A stretch of 63,962 nt of DNA, counting the filler, from Octopus bimaculoides (Eukaryota), in NCBI RefSeq assembly GCF_001194135.2. It is 6 parts of 5 records of this genome, joined end to end, with 100 filler letters (N's around TTAATTAATTAA, not from the genome) between each part and the next. Parts side by side here need not be neighbours in the genome. Positions count along the whole stretch, not along the records: positions 18,561 to 26,933 come from NW_026314150.1; positions 27,034 to 49,470 come from NC_068999.1; 4 more parts are not named here. The stretch is one strand, 5' to 3'. The notes under the pieces are model-generated. The model ran no database searches. It was not told the DNA's origin and saw only the letters and a list, made by a program, of their open reading frames with translations. The translations under genes and the position numbers were made by a program. Position 1 is the stretch's first letter; every line of letters starts with the position of its first letter. Of this stretch, positions 22,480-35,638 are shown in pieces.

Positions 22480-23754
22480 GAGGCTTAGGGTGGCAGTAGT
22501 GATTGCCGTGATAAGATGGTATGGTGGTCACGATGGAAAGAGTACTGGTATTGGTGGTAGTAATGGGGAGGGAGTGATTGCACTTATGGTATGGTATGGT
22601 GATGTCGACGGAGGCGATGGTGCCGATGGAGATGGTGGTAGTGGTGTTGAGGATGATGATGGTTATGTGGTGTTGACGAAGGTGATGGTATTGATGTCGG
22701 CGGCGGCGGCGGTGGTGGTGGTGGTTTTTTGGCTGTGGTGATGATTGGTGGAAGCAGTGGTGTCGGTGCAGCGGTGGTGTGTCATTGACAAAAAGATGGT
22801 GACGCTGCTGGAGGTGATGGTGGTGGAGTCGGTGATGCCGTTGGAAGGTGGTGGCTCTGCAGTTATCATGGCAGTGGCGGTGACTGCGCTAACACGAGAT
22901 TTCGAAAGCGGTACGGCAACGATATGGCGGCGGCATGACGACGGCCATTGAGTGGCAGCGGCGGCGGTGGTGGTGGGAGTAAATTAAACTGGCGGTGGGG
23001 GTGAGGAAGGAGTGGATGATGGCGATGANNNNNNNNNNNNNNNNNNNNNNNNNNNNNNNNNNNNNNNNNNNNNNNNNNNNNNNNNNNNNNNNNNNNNNNN
23101 NNNNNNNNNNNNNNNNNNNNNNNNNNNNNNNNNNNNNNNNNNNNNNNNNNNNNNNNNNNNNNNNNNNNNNNNNNNNNNNNNNNNNNNNNNNNNNNNNNNN
23201 NNNNNNNNNNNNNNNNNNNNNNNNNNNNNNNNNNNNNNNGTGGTTGTTGTTGTTCCTGCTAAAGATGTTGTTGTTGTGGTTGTGGTTTTTGTTGTTATTG
23301 CTGTTGCTGGTCATGTAGTTGCTGCAATTGCTTTTAGTAATAGTAGTAGTAGTAGTGGTGGTGGTGGTGGTAGTAGTAGTGGTGGTGGTGGTGGTGGTAG
23401 TAGTAGTAGTGGTGGTGGTGGTGGTGGTGGTAGTAGTAGGAGCGGTGGTGGTGGTGGTAGTAATAGTAGCGGTGGTGGTAGCATTAGTAGTAGTAATGGT
23501 GGTAGTGGTAGCATTAGTAGTAGGGGTGGTGGTAGTAATAGTAGTGGTGGTGGTAGCATTATTATTAGTGGTGGTGGTGGTGGTAGTGGTAGTAATAGTT
23601 ATGGTGATGGTAGCATTAGCAGTAGTGGTGGTGGTAGCAGTAGTAGTAGTAGTAGTGGCGGTGGAGGTGGTAGTAGTAGTAGTAGCAGCAGCGGTAGGAG
23701 TAGTTTTGGTTTCAGTTGTAGTAGTGGCTGTTGCTGATGTTTATTTGTTATTGC

Positions 23755-23787
<33 letters not shown>

Positions 23788-23931
23788 CGGTAGTAATAAT
23801 AGTAGTAGGAGTTATTGCTGTTACTGGTGCAGTTGCGGTGGTAGTGGTAGTTTTCCTTACAATTGTTGCAGTAGCGGGTCTTGTGAATGCAGTAGAAGTA
23901 CTTGTATGTAATGAAAGTATCGAGGTGTGCA

Positions 23932-23968
<37 letters not shown>

Positions 23969-24170
23969 CAGCAGTAATTATTGTTGTGATAACTGTTGTA
24001 GTAGTAGTAGTAGTATATGTAGATGTAGAGGTGGTGGTGGCGGTTGTGATTTATTTTTGTTTTCGATGTAGTAGTAGTAGTAGTAGTAGTAGTAGTAATA
24101 GTAGTAGTAGCTGTGGTGGTGATGGCTGTTGTTGCTGGTGTCGTTGTTGTTGTTGTTGTTGTTGTTGTTG
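22480..24170. repeat. Long mosaic trinucleotide tract (GGT/AGT/GTT/GAT)n
   Basis: Interleaved runs of related triplets that produce spurious poly-G/S/V ORFs. Confidence 0.95.
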
Positions 24171-24690
24171 AGTCTATTAAAAGAAACTTCACCCGTCCAA
24201 AATTTTGGCAATGACCTCGGCACAAACCAAACTTTTTCGTCAAATTAAATTTCTCCAAGAGAAAGCAGGACGGCGGTGCGATTCTCTTCTACAATGGTTT
24301 CTAAATTAATTTTGGCCAGTTAATTAATTGGTTTGTATTAGAGGGTTTTGATGTGTATGTATGCATGTATGTATGTGTGGGGTGTAGGTACGTTTGCGTG
24401 CCCGCGTGTGTTTATGTATGTATGTATGTATGTATGTATGTAGGTAGGTAGGTACGTAGGTATGTTGTGTTTGTCCATATGCATTTCTGCATGAATGCGT
24501 GTTGTGTATATGTATTTCTGTATGTTTGCGTGTTGTGTGTTGATATGAGATTTGTGTTTATACAAGTGTATGACTGTGTGGTGTTGCTGGTTGTGTGATA
24601 GCGCCAGACTATTTCAGCATATATACATACACACATACAAACATGCATACATACATACATGCATACATACACATACATACATATATATAC

Positions 24691-24722
<32 letters not shown>

Positions 24723-24960
24723 GAAAATACTTGTGAATGTGAAAGTTGTTTGTATATATAATATGACGTGCATGTGTGTGTCTATATATATTATATATAT
24801 ATATATACACATATATATATACACACGCATATACACACGTTGCACATATGTATACACGGATGCATGTTGCTATATTTATTTGCTTATTTCCTTTTATCTA
24901 AGTGTTTACATGCATATATATATGTATACATGTATATACGTACATATATATACTCCAACA

Positions 24961-25019
<59 letters not shown>

Positions 25020-25532
25020 GTATATATACTCTAATATGTTGATATATACATACAAGCGCCTATGCAATGTGTGTGTGCCTATGTCTACATACGAATGTGT
25101 GTGTGTCTCTATATATTCATACGTGTGTGTTTGTGTGTGCGTCTCATCACACCTACTCCACCACCACCACCATCATCATCCCCACACACACACACATACA
25201 GCTAAGGAGCCACATACACTCAATATGCGACACCTTGTTTCTCGAAGCCAATTTCCATGTCTTCGCGTTCACTTGTTACACTTAGGCTCTCTCTCTCTCC
25301 GGGTTGTAGTTCTCTTCCAGAATGTTCGATGAATTTTTTCGAATCTCGAACCCTTTCCCTCGGCTCACTCCACCCCCACCCCCCAATATCCATTCACGAT
25401 CGATCTGCAACGCCAGCCACCCTGGTTCGTAGCGTGGATCAGTCGAGGTTGTTTGCGCACTGATATTTGCGTATTAAAAACCAGCTACACACGCTCATCG
25501 ACAAGATCACTGTGTGTGTGTTTGTGTGTGTG

Positions 25533-25800
25533 TACGATGGGGTGCCAAAAAGTTCCTGGGTTTAAGGATGTCACAAAATGCCTGATTGGAGGCCCGAACT
25601 TCCGTGTTCTTTTAGAGGGCTTAGAAAATCTGACGGACCGCTGTAATGAGTGTGTGAATGTAAGACAGGAATAAGCTCAATCTAATCATAATTAACTGAT
25701 CCGCTTGTGCTTTCTTTTACCCACAACCAGGAATCTTTCAGCACGAGGGGGCGCTGTGAAGTTCCTGGCTTTCAGGGTGCTGTGAAAGGCCTAGTCGGAG
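25533..25800 (+). mobile_element. Internally deleted mariner (MITE-like) followed by a second left end
   Basis: Left TIR TACGATGGGGTGCCAAAAAGTTCCTGG, transposase tail FLEGLENLTDRCNECV, partial right TIR CCAGGAATCTTTCAGCAC, then ACGAGGGGGCGCTGTGAAGTTCCTGG. Confidence 0.7.
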
Positions 25801-26039
25801 GTTCAACTTTCCGAGGTTTTTTAATTTTTTTATAGGCCTCGGGAAAACTGAATCTAAGACCGCTGCTGTGAATCTAAGAGGGGAGTGAATTGAATAACAG
25901 AAAAACGCAATTCTGGGCCTTCAAGGCGATAGCCCAGCATGGTGGCAGTCGAATGACTGAAATATATATATATGGAGATGGTTATATAGGTAATTAGATA
26001 AAGGAGTTAATATATAATTATATATGAATACATATATAC

Positions 26040-26224
26040 ATGTATATATGTATATATCTATATATATAAATGTATGTATATATATTTGTAGGTATATATG
26101 TATATATATATATACAAATATATATGTATATATCTATATATATAAATGTATGTATATATATTTGTAGGTATATATGTATATATATATATACAAATATATA
26201 TGTATATACAAATATATATGTATA
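26040..26224. repeat. 76-bp higher-order repeat within a (TA)-type microsatellite
   Basis: ATAAATGTATGTATATATATTTGTAGGTATATATG... starts at 26066 and 26142. Confidence 0.85.
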
Positions 26225-26349
26225 NNNNNNNNNNNNNNNNNNNNNNNNNNNNNNNNNNNNNNNNNNNNNNNNNNNNNNNNNNNNNNNNNNNNNNNNNNNN
26301 NNNNNNNNNNNNNNNNNNNNNNNNNNNNNNNNNNNNNNNNNNNNNNNNN

Positions 26350-26417
<68 letters not shown>

Positions 26418-27033
26418 TACTTATGTATGTATAGTGTATATGCCTACACATATAGTTGCACGCATGTGCATCTGTTTACATATATATAAATATATATATA
26501 TATATATATGCATATGTCGTGCATGTTTGAGTGTGTGTGTGTACAAATATATACACATCTGCATTAATATATGTGTGTGCGCGTGTCTATATCTATGTAA
26601 GTATTCGTATGCATGTGCGTACGAATCTCCATACATCACTGCATATATGCATACATATATAGCAGGCATACACAAATAAATACCTACACGCAAACATGCT
26701 TCGGCGTGCATGTGTACACACACATACAGCCTCAAATACACGTAGACGCATTCACACACGCACGGGCATACGTCGACACACACCCGCACACACAAGCACA
26801 GATACACATGGGCACACACACACACACACACATATACACACAAGCGCATACACACAGGCACACGCATACACATTCACATACGTGCACACAAACACACGGC
26901 CATACGCGCTCGCACACACACACACACACACACNNNNNNNNNNNNNNNNNNNNNNNNNNNNNNNNNNNNNNNNNNNNTTAATTAATTAANNNNNNNNNNN
27001 NNNNNNNNNNNNNNNNNNNNNNNNNNNNNNNNN

Positions 27034-27092
<59 letters not shown>

Positions 27093-27464
27093 CACATATT
27101 ATATTACAGATAAATTCCTCTATTTACATAATATCGAGGTCTCATTCATTCTTTTGTTGTCATACTATTGCTATTAATATACATACATATATATATATAT
27201 GTACGCACACACATACATACATCACTCATCTCTGTCATTGAAGTTTTTAGTCAAACAAATCACCTCTAGTGTTTATTTTAGGTTTGGTACTTCAAATATC
27301 AAACACTTTCTGCTGAAGCGTTAAGTTTCTGGGTCATAAAGGAACCAACACCCGTTGTCAAGTGGTGGTGGAGAGACCCACGGATTCTACCAGACACAAC
27401 TCCATGACCTTGGTCGACCCAGGGTTATAGGAGGTCCAAAAGTGTAGAAACAACAAAAGACAAA

Positions 27465-27600
27465 GATAGGTAAGGGAACAACAAACACGGTGTATCAGTT
27501 TGACGCTGAGGAAAAATGGGAGAAATCTTCGACGTTTCGAGCATACGACCTTTTACTGAAAGGAATGACGTGAGAAAACAGATGGGAAGAAGAAAAGGGA
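27465..27600 (-). mobile_element. Penelope-like terminal repeat copy
   Basis: AACAACAAACACGGTGTATCAGTTTGACGCTGAGGAAAAATGG...GACGTTTCGAGC. Confidence 0.6.
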
Positions 27601-28506
27601 AAAGGGAGAGAGAAAAAATGTGCCTGGATTGCTGGCTGTCCCAGTTGTTACGTTGTGGGATCGATCCCAAAGCTAGCTGATTGCGAAGAGTTCGTCTTAA
27701 TCTCAGAGACATGTTTGCGACAATATTCTGAAGTATAAGGGAGACTTTAGAAGTGTTGCTGTTAAATATCTAGACATAAGAAAGACTTAGAAATGCAAAG
27801 AAAAAAATATTATAGTATAAATATACTTTTTGTTAAATTGCATTTTCAACTGAAAAAGTTGTCAACAAAATGCCTTAAAAAAAAACACAGAGTAAAACAA
27901 TTTGTTTTTTACCCCGAAAGACAAGTAACATTTTTTTTCGATAGTTGACCAAAAATTTTTAAGCTTTTTTCGCGTCATTTTGCGGAGATGGTAAGAGTTG
28001 AAAGTTGAATAACAATAGTTCAGAGTTATGTCGATAAAAAACTCGTTTCATATGAATTAATTAACTGAAATGTAAGACCGTTATGGAAGCTTTTGGTTTA
28101 AAACAGAAATTTAGATAGAAAACAACCTTAGCAAGGCAAAGACATGTATGCATGTGTGTGTGTGTGTGTGTGAATATGTGCGTATTCTGCGTAAGTTAAG
28201 AATCGGTGACGAGAGGAAATCTTCTAGATATAATTATAAGTTTTCACCGTATCTATTGACTACGGAAACTAGTCTAATGTTGGGGCATATAAATGGACAT
28301 TAATACATGTGGAAAAAAAGTGTATATATTATCTTTTACTCATTAGACCGCGGCCATGCTGGGGCACCGCCTTGAAGAATTTAATAGATTAAATATGACT
28401 CAACCATGATTATAATTTGATATATTCCAAGTATTGAACTCACATATACACAATCGCACGCACATGTATATATACATAAAAACATAAGTATAAATATGCA
28501 CGTACG

Positions 28507-28537
<31 letters not shown>

Positions 28538-29214
28538 NNNNNNNNNNNNNNNNNNNNNNNNNNNNNNNNNNNNNNNNNNNNNNNNNNNNNNNNNNNNNNN
28601 NNNNNNNNNNNNNNNNNNNNNNNNNNNNNNNNNNNNNNNNNNNNNNNNNNNNNNNNNNNNNNNNNNNNNNNNNNNNNNNNNNNNNNNNNNNNNNNNNNNN
28701 NNNNNNNNNNNNNNNNNNNNNNNNNNNNNNNNNNNNNNNNNNNNNNNNNNNNNNNNNNNNNNNNNNNNNNNNNNNNNNNNNNNNNNNNNNNNNNNNNNNN
28801 NNNNNNNNNNNNNNNNNNNNNNNNNNNNNNNNNNNNNNNNNNNNNNNNNNNNNNNNNNNNNNNNNNNNNNNNNNNNNNNNNNNNNNNNNNNNNNNNNNNN
28901 NNNNNNNNNNNNNNNNNNNNNNNNNNNNNNNNNNNNNNNNNNNNNNNNNNNNNNNNNNNNNNNNNNNNNNNNNNNNNNNNNNNNNNNNNNNNNNNNNNNN
29001 NNNNNNNNNNNNNNNNNNNNNNNNNNNNNNNNNNNNNNNNNNNNNNNNNNNNNNNNNNNNNNNNNNNNNNNNNNNNNNNNNNNNNNNNNNNNNNNNNNNN
29101 NNNNNNNNNNNNNNNNNNNNNNNNNNNNNNNNNNNNNNNNNNNNNNNNNNNNNNNNNNNNNNNNNNNNNNNNNNNNNNNNNNNNNNNNNNNNNNNNNNNN
29201 NNNNNNNNNNNNNN

Positions 29215-29266
<52 letters not shown>

Positions 29267-29592
29267 CATACACACACACACACACTTATATGTATATGTA
29301 TATGTGTGTGTGTGTGTGTGTGTATGAACGTATAATATTTAGATATCCTTTCATGCAGATTATGTTTGTTTCTGAGCCTTCGTTTAATAGTTATAGGTGT
29401 GTGTGGAGGGGACGGACATAGAGAGATAAAGAGAGAGGGAGGGAGGGAGAGTGAGAGAGTGAGAGAGAGAGAAAGAGGGGATAGATTAGTAATCTATTGA
29501 GGAACCCAAAGTTTGGTTTATGCAATGTACTTCATTCAAAAATGTATATTTGTAAAAGAAGTCTTGTAACAACAACAACAACAACAACAATA

Positions 29593-29637
<45 letters not shown>

Positions 29638-29819
29638 GTATATCAAGCAATATGTATTTCCTGCAACTAATTTACAGGTTTATTTCAAGCCTTTCCTCTG
29701 TTCACTTGAAATAAACGAACCTCTACCCACGGATAATTTCGTTTATTTCAAGTGAACAGAAGAAAGGCTGGAAATAAACCTGTAAATTAGTTGCAGGAAA
29801 TACATATTCCTTGATATAC
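29638..29819. mobile_element. Palindromic MITE-like element with TA flanks inside an (AAT)n tract
   Basis: About 82-bp arms (29638-29719 / 29738-29819) with 3 mismatches, 18-nt spacer, TA at 29636-29637 and 29820-29821. Confidence 0.85.
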
Positions 29820-29843
29820 TAACAAATAAATTGATAATACCAC

Positions 29844-29909
<66 letters not shown>

Positions 29910-29910
<1 letters not shown>

Positions 29911-30303
29911 CTATTATAGGCACAAAGCCTGAAATTTTGCGGGAGGGGCATAGTCGATTATATCGACCCTAGTGTTTCACTAGTGCTTAATTTGTCGACC
30001 CTGAAAGTATGAAATATAAAGTCTATGTCGGCGGAATTTGAACTCGGAACATAAAGTCGGACGAAATGCCTATCGGCGTGGTAATGATTCAACCAGTTCA
30101 CCGCCTTAATAATGATAAAAATAGTAAAATAAACTTCTCTACTCTAGGCACAAAGCCTGCAATTTACATCGACTCCAGTACGCAACTGGTACTTAATTTA
30201 TCGACCCCGAAAGAAATAAAGGGAAAGTCGACCTCGGCAGAATTTGAACACAGAACATAAAGACGAACGAAGCACCGCTAAGCATTTTGCCTGGTGTGCT
30301 AAC
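29910..30303 (-). mobile_element. Two tandem SINE family C copies
   Basis: About 29910-30100 and 30135-30303, each with GTCGACC..GAAAG...GAATTTGAAC. Confidence 0.85.
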
Positions 30304-31236
30304 CGACGGATACACCTAAATATCAGACGGAAACTATTCATCTCATCAGCGCTTAGCAAGANNNNNNNNNNNNNNNNNNNNNNNNNNNNNNNNNNNNNNN
30401 NNNNNNNNNNNNNNNNNNNNNNNNNNNNNNNNNNNNNNNNNNNNNNNNNNNNNNNNNNNNNNNNNNNNNNNNNNNNNNNNNNNNNNNNNNNNNNNNNNNN
30501 NNNNNNNNNNNNNNNNNNNNNNNNNNNNNNNNNNNNNNNNNNNNNNNNNNNNNNNNNNNNNNNNNNNNNNNNNNNNNNNNNNNNNNNNNNNNNNNNNNNN
30601 NNNNNNNNNNNNNNNNNNNNNNNNNNNNNNNNNNNNNNNNNNNNNNNNNNNNNNNNNNNNNNNNNNNNNNNNNNNNNNNNNNNNNNNNNNNNNNNNNNNN
30701 NNNNNNNNNNNNNNNNNNNNNNNNNNNNNNNNNNNNNNNNNNNNNNNNNNNNNNNNNNNNNNNNNNNNNNNNNNNNNNNNNNNNNNNNNNNNNNNNNNNN
30801 NNNNNNNNNNNNNNATACACACACACACACATAAACGCACACACATGTATGTATGTTGGTATGTATACGTGTATGCACATGGTCCAATGCTATAAGTTGT
30901 AAAATCCCTTTCAATTTATATGATTTCTATAACCGAATGATTTCTGTCATGTACAATACATTGATTCCAACTCTAAGCATAATGCTATATTATTTTCTAA
31001 GTGAGGGATTCAATGAATCATATTTATTTCTCAATACTTGACAGGGACTAAGCATTGCAAGGATGTTTCATTAGCCTCTAACAATCGTCTCCAGTAAGTG
31101 GCAAACTACAAAACAATTTAAAACAAGAAGCACCTTCCATTAAATTCGCACAAGCATAATTGCCTGTGTGAATAAACTATAGTGATGAATTGTATAAATT
31201 TCTGGTGTCAATTGTAATAGAATTATATCTTTAAGG

Positions 31237-31480
31237 CAGAGATTTCCAAACTTTTCACATTTGCTCCAAATAGTTTTATTAAAACTATAAATTTTATCGT
31301 GATACATTGTTTTGTTAAATACATTAGGTTGCACATTCACGTGCCCGATTTTATAGAGAATTATCAGCGCTCAAATATACTGCGTTGTCAAATATTTGTG
31401 AAACTGGATTACAATTTGACACCATGTCGCAGCATACCTAGAGATTATCAGCGGCACAGTCAAATATAGCGGCACATCTG
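31237..31480 (+). mobile_element. Possible old hAT MITE fragment
   Basis: CAGAGATTTCCAAAC terminus-like sequence and GCGGCACA motifs. The other end was not found. Confidence 0.35.
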
Positions 31481-31654
31481 GAGATTACAAGTGACGCACT
31501 AAAGTGTTACAGGACGCCTAGAGATTTGTGTGAGGAACATTCTTCTCTGTGCAGCTGAAAGACAGACATAAAACCACATATTTAGAGAAGTAGGAATGAA
31601 GAATCGACTACTAACAGCAGTACTCAACTTGTAATTATTTTATCGATTTCGATT

Positions 31655-31889
31655 CACTCTTTTACTCGCTTCAGTCATTTGACTGCGTCCATGCTGAAGC
31701 ACCGCCTTTAGTCGAACAAATCGACCGCAGGACTGATTTTTTGTAAGCCTAGTACTTATTCTATCAGTCTCTTTTGCCGAACCGCTAAGTGACGGGGACG
31801 TAAAAACACCAGCATCGGTTGTCAAGCGATGTTGGGGGGATAAATACAGACACGCAAACACACACAGATACGCAAACACACACACACGC
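31655..31889 (-). mobile_element. SINE family D, 3' half ending at a gap in its internal microsatellite
   Basis: TCAGTCATTTGACTGCG...CCAGCATCGGTTGTCAAGCGATGTTGGGGG..ACAGACAC then N. Confidence 0.88.
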
Positions 31890-32612
31890 NNNNNNNNNNN
31901 NNNNNNNNNNNNNNNNNNNNNNNNNNNNNNNNNNNNNNNNNNNNNNNNNNNNNNNNNNNNNNNNNNNNNNNNNNNNNNNNNNNNNNNNNNNNNNNNNNNN
32001 NNNNNNNNNNNNNNNNNNNNNNNNNNNNNNNNNNNNNNNNNNNNNNNNNNNNNNNNNNNNNNNNNNNNNNNNNNNNNNNNNNNNNNNNNNNNNNNNNNNN
32101 NNNNNNNNNNNNNNNNNNNNNNNNNNNNNNNNNNNNNNNNNNNNNNNNNNNNNNNNNNNNNNNNNNNNNNNNNNNNNNNNNNNNNNNNNNNNNNNNNNNN
32201 NNNNNNNNNNNNNNNNNNNNNNNNNNNNNNNNNNNNNNNNNNNNNNNNNNNNNNNNNNNNNNNNNNNNNNNNNNNNNNNNNNNNNNNNNNNNNNNNNNNN
32301 NNNNNNNNNNNNNNNNNNNNNNNNNNNNNNNNNNNNNNNNNNNNNNNNNNNNNNNNNNNNNNNNNNNNNNNNNNNNNNNNNNNNNNNNNNNNNNNNNNNN
32401 NNNNNNNNNNNNNNNNNNNNNNNNNNNNNNNNNNNNNNNNNNNNNNNNNNNNNNNNNNNNNNNNNNNNNNNNNNNNNNNNNNNNNNNNNNNNNNNNNNNN
32501 NNNNNNNNNNNNNNNNNNNNNNNNNNNNNNNNNNNNNNNNNNNNNNNNNNNNNNNNNNNNNNNNNNNNNNNNNNNNNNNNNNNNNNNNNNNNGCTTTTCA
32601 GAGAGTTAATAC

Positions 32613-33152
32613 TCTTTTCTAGTTTAGACACAATGGCCCGAAATTTTGGGGGAGGAGGCCAGTCGATTAGATCACACCCCTCCCAGTACCTAACTGGTAC
32701 TTAATTTAGCGACCCCGAAAGGATGAAAAACAAAGTCGACCACTCAAAGAGTTAATAGTGATATTGCTTAAGGCGGTAAGATGGCAGGCAAAATGGCCGA
32801 ATCGTCAGCACGACGGGAAAAATGCTTAGCGGCATTTCGTCTGTCTTTACTTTCTGAGTTCAAATTCTGCCGAGGTCGACTTTGCCCTACATCCTTTGTA
32901 CCTATAGCAGAAAGGAATATTGCTTAAGGTGGGGAGCTGGCAGAACCGTCAGAATGAAGGACAAAATGCTGTTAAGCATTCTGTTTGTCTTTACGTTCTG
33001 AGTTCAAATTCCGCCGCGGTGGACTTTGCCCTCCATCTTTCGGCGTCGATAAAATAAATACCAAGTGAATACTGGAGGAGGGGGTCAATGTAATAGACTT
33101 AACTCCTCCCCCGAAATTACTGGCCTTGTGCCCGCAATTTGAAACCGATATA
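32613..33152. mobile_element. Cluster of three SINE family C pieces (one minus, two plus)
   Basis: 32613-32740 minus, 32770-32900 plus, 32926-33152 plus. Confidence 0.85.
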
Positions 33153-33737
33153 AATATTGCTGGATTTTAGCCCCGTCAGTCTCAATGGAGCAGGCCTATG
33201 ATCAAGCCGATTCCATCTGTGGCCATCCCGTCTTTATCAAGGCAGATTTTACCTAGGATCACATTACTCAAGGTGTCATTTTCCAACACTGTAGGGTATT
33301 ATTTGAGAGAGAGAATTGATTGCTTTCTCTTGTATATCATGCAACCATTTAGAGAATCCCTTGTCGTTGGTGCATTTAATATACATCCGTGTTTAACTCC
33401 GCAAAAAAATCAAGAAAAAATATTTGACCAAGTATATACGTTATATATTTTCCTACTTCTTTATAAACATTTATATAAGTTAACGTCAATTTAACCGTTG
33501 CATGCTGAAACCATTAAACTCTATATAAGTGTCGTGAGATGTATTGTGATAAATTTGTTTCCCTTTTCTATCAGTGTGTATCCGTAAAAGGTTTTCCTTT
33601 ACATGCATTACTAGATTTCAATCCATTCTGTTGATGGCTCAAACCAGCGGAAAATCATAAATATTGTTCCGCTTCTCAGGAAAAAAACAAAAAGCAAAAC
33701 CGTTTCATGTTGTAGATATTATTAGTATACCTAAAAG

Positions 33738-33980
33738 TGGCGAGCCGGCAGCGTTATTAGCACACCGGACAATATGCTAAGCGGCATCTTGTCCGTCTTT
33801 AGCGGCTTAGCGGCATTTTGTCCGTCTTTATGTTCTGAGTTCAAATTCCGCCGAGGTTAGTTTTTGCCTTTTGTACTTTCGGGGTCGATGAAATATGTAT
33901 CAGTTGAACAGAGGGGAGGTCGATGTAATCGACTTACCCTGTCCCTGAAATTGCTGGCCTTGTGCCAAAATTTGAAATCA
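33738..33980 (+). mobile_element. SINE family C with an internal ~30-bp tandem duplication
   Basis: GCT(A/T)AGCGGCAT(C/T)TTGTCCGTCTTTA occurs twice before the B box. Confidence 0.88.
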
Positions 33981-34032
33981 TTATCATTATTATCAAAGCG
34001 GCGAGCTGGTAGTATGTATGTATGTATGTATG

Positions 34033-34065
<33 letters not shown>

Positions 34066-34741
34066 NNNNNNNNNNNNNNNNNNNNNNNNNNNNNNNNNNN
34101 NNNNNNNNNNNNNNNNNNNNNNNNNNNNNNNNNNNNNNNNNNNNNNNNNNNNNNNNNNNNNNNNNNNNNNNNNNNNNNNNNNNNNNNNNNNNNNNNNNNN
34201 NNNNNNNNNNNNNNNNNNNNNNNNNNNNNNNNNNNNNNNNNNNNNNNNNNNNNNNNNNNNNNNNNNNNNNNNNNNNNNNNNNNNNNNNNNNNNNNNNNNN
34301 NNNNNNNNNNNNNNNNNNNNNNNNNNNNNNNNNNNNNNNNNNNNNNNNNNNNNNNNNNNNNNNNNNNNNNNNNNNNNNNNNNNNNNNNNNNNNNNNNNNN
34401 NNNNNNNNNNNNNNNNNNNNNNNNNNNNNNNNNNNNNNNNNNNNNNNNNNNNNNNNNNNNNNNNNNNNNNNNNNNNNNNNNNNNNNNNNNNNNNNNNNNN
34501 NNNNNNNNNNNNNNNNNNNNNNNNNNNNNNNNNNNNNNNNNNNNNNNNNNNNNNNNNNNNNNNNNNNNNNNNNNNNNNNNNNNNNNNNNNNNNNNNNNNN
34601 NNNNNNNNNNNNNNNNNNNNNNNNNNNNNNNACACACACACACACACATACATATACACACATATATATATATATGTATGTTTATGAATTTTGCAGTGTA
34701 AGATTCTTGATGTGAAACCATGTGTTGAAACAGATATTATA

Positions 34742-34855
34742 TTCTACTCTAGGCACAAGGCCCGAAATTTCTGGGGAGTAGGCCAGTCGATTAGATCGAC
34801 CCCAGTACGCAACTGATACTTAATTTATCGACCCCGAAAGGATGAAAGGCAAAGT
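34742..34855 (-). mobile_element. 5'-truncated SINE family C with 19-bp TSD
   Basis: ATGTGTTGAAACAGATATT (34720-34738) / ATGTGTTGAAACAAATATT (34856-34874). Confidence 0.9.
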
Positions 34856-35360
34856 ATGTGTTGAAACAAATATTGTTATATTTCGGGACGGTCTTATTTT
34901 GTTTACTTTTTATCAATTAAATACACGCACTGTATATTCGTTGTTCGCTTCCGATTATTATTGCTCTAGTTTCATGTCCATTGTCTGGAAAACTTTCGTC
35001 ACACACTTGTGACCTCTAGGACGGACTAAACAGAACAGGGAGAGATACGTGAGATGGAAAGTCGCTGAAGAGGTGAGTGACAAAAGCTTTTCAGACAATG
35101 GAAAGAGTTAAAATAAGAACGGTAACAAACAAGCGAAGGACGAATAAATAGTGTGCGTGTGTTTATATAATTGTTAAACAGGACAACAAACATCTAAAGT
35201 CCTATACAATATGACTTGAGATGTTTGCCTTGCCTTAATGTTTGACGTCCTGTTTAACGATTACATATCCGCTACATCGGAAATCTACAATGGCTCCATA
35301 AACTTGGAGAGCCAGAGTAATCCGTTACAGCACTTACCTAGCGTACCTAATCGTTTAGAT

Positions 35361-35638
35361 CAGGGGTTTTTAAACTGTGGTCCGCAAGGACGAGACAGGG
35401 GTCCGTGGACAGTAAATACTTTTTATGGGCAATTTGATTTTATATATGTTTTTTAATCGAAATCTTTTAATTGACAATAAACTTATTTGTTAAATACGGT
35501 TAAATAAATAAATGTAAAAATATATGTTATTTTAAGCAAATATTTATGTATAAATTTCATATACGTTTATAAGGGGGTCCCTAAGGTAAAGCCTGAAATA
35601 TAAAGGGGTCCGCAAGTCAAAAAGTTTGAAAACCCCTG
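35361..35638. mobile_element. hAT-superfamily MITE, complete
   Basis: TIRs CAGGGGTTTTTAAAC / GTTTGAAAACCCCTG, 8-bp TSD GTTTAGAT / ATTTAGAT (7 of 8 match), subterminal GGGGTCC motifs. Confidence 0.92.

Noticed and set aside
23012-24071. Long Gly/Ser-rich and Val-rich ORFs resembling structural proteins
   Set aside because: Translations of mosaic trinucleotide repeats, open in several frames, with no splice or codon evidence.
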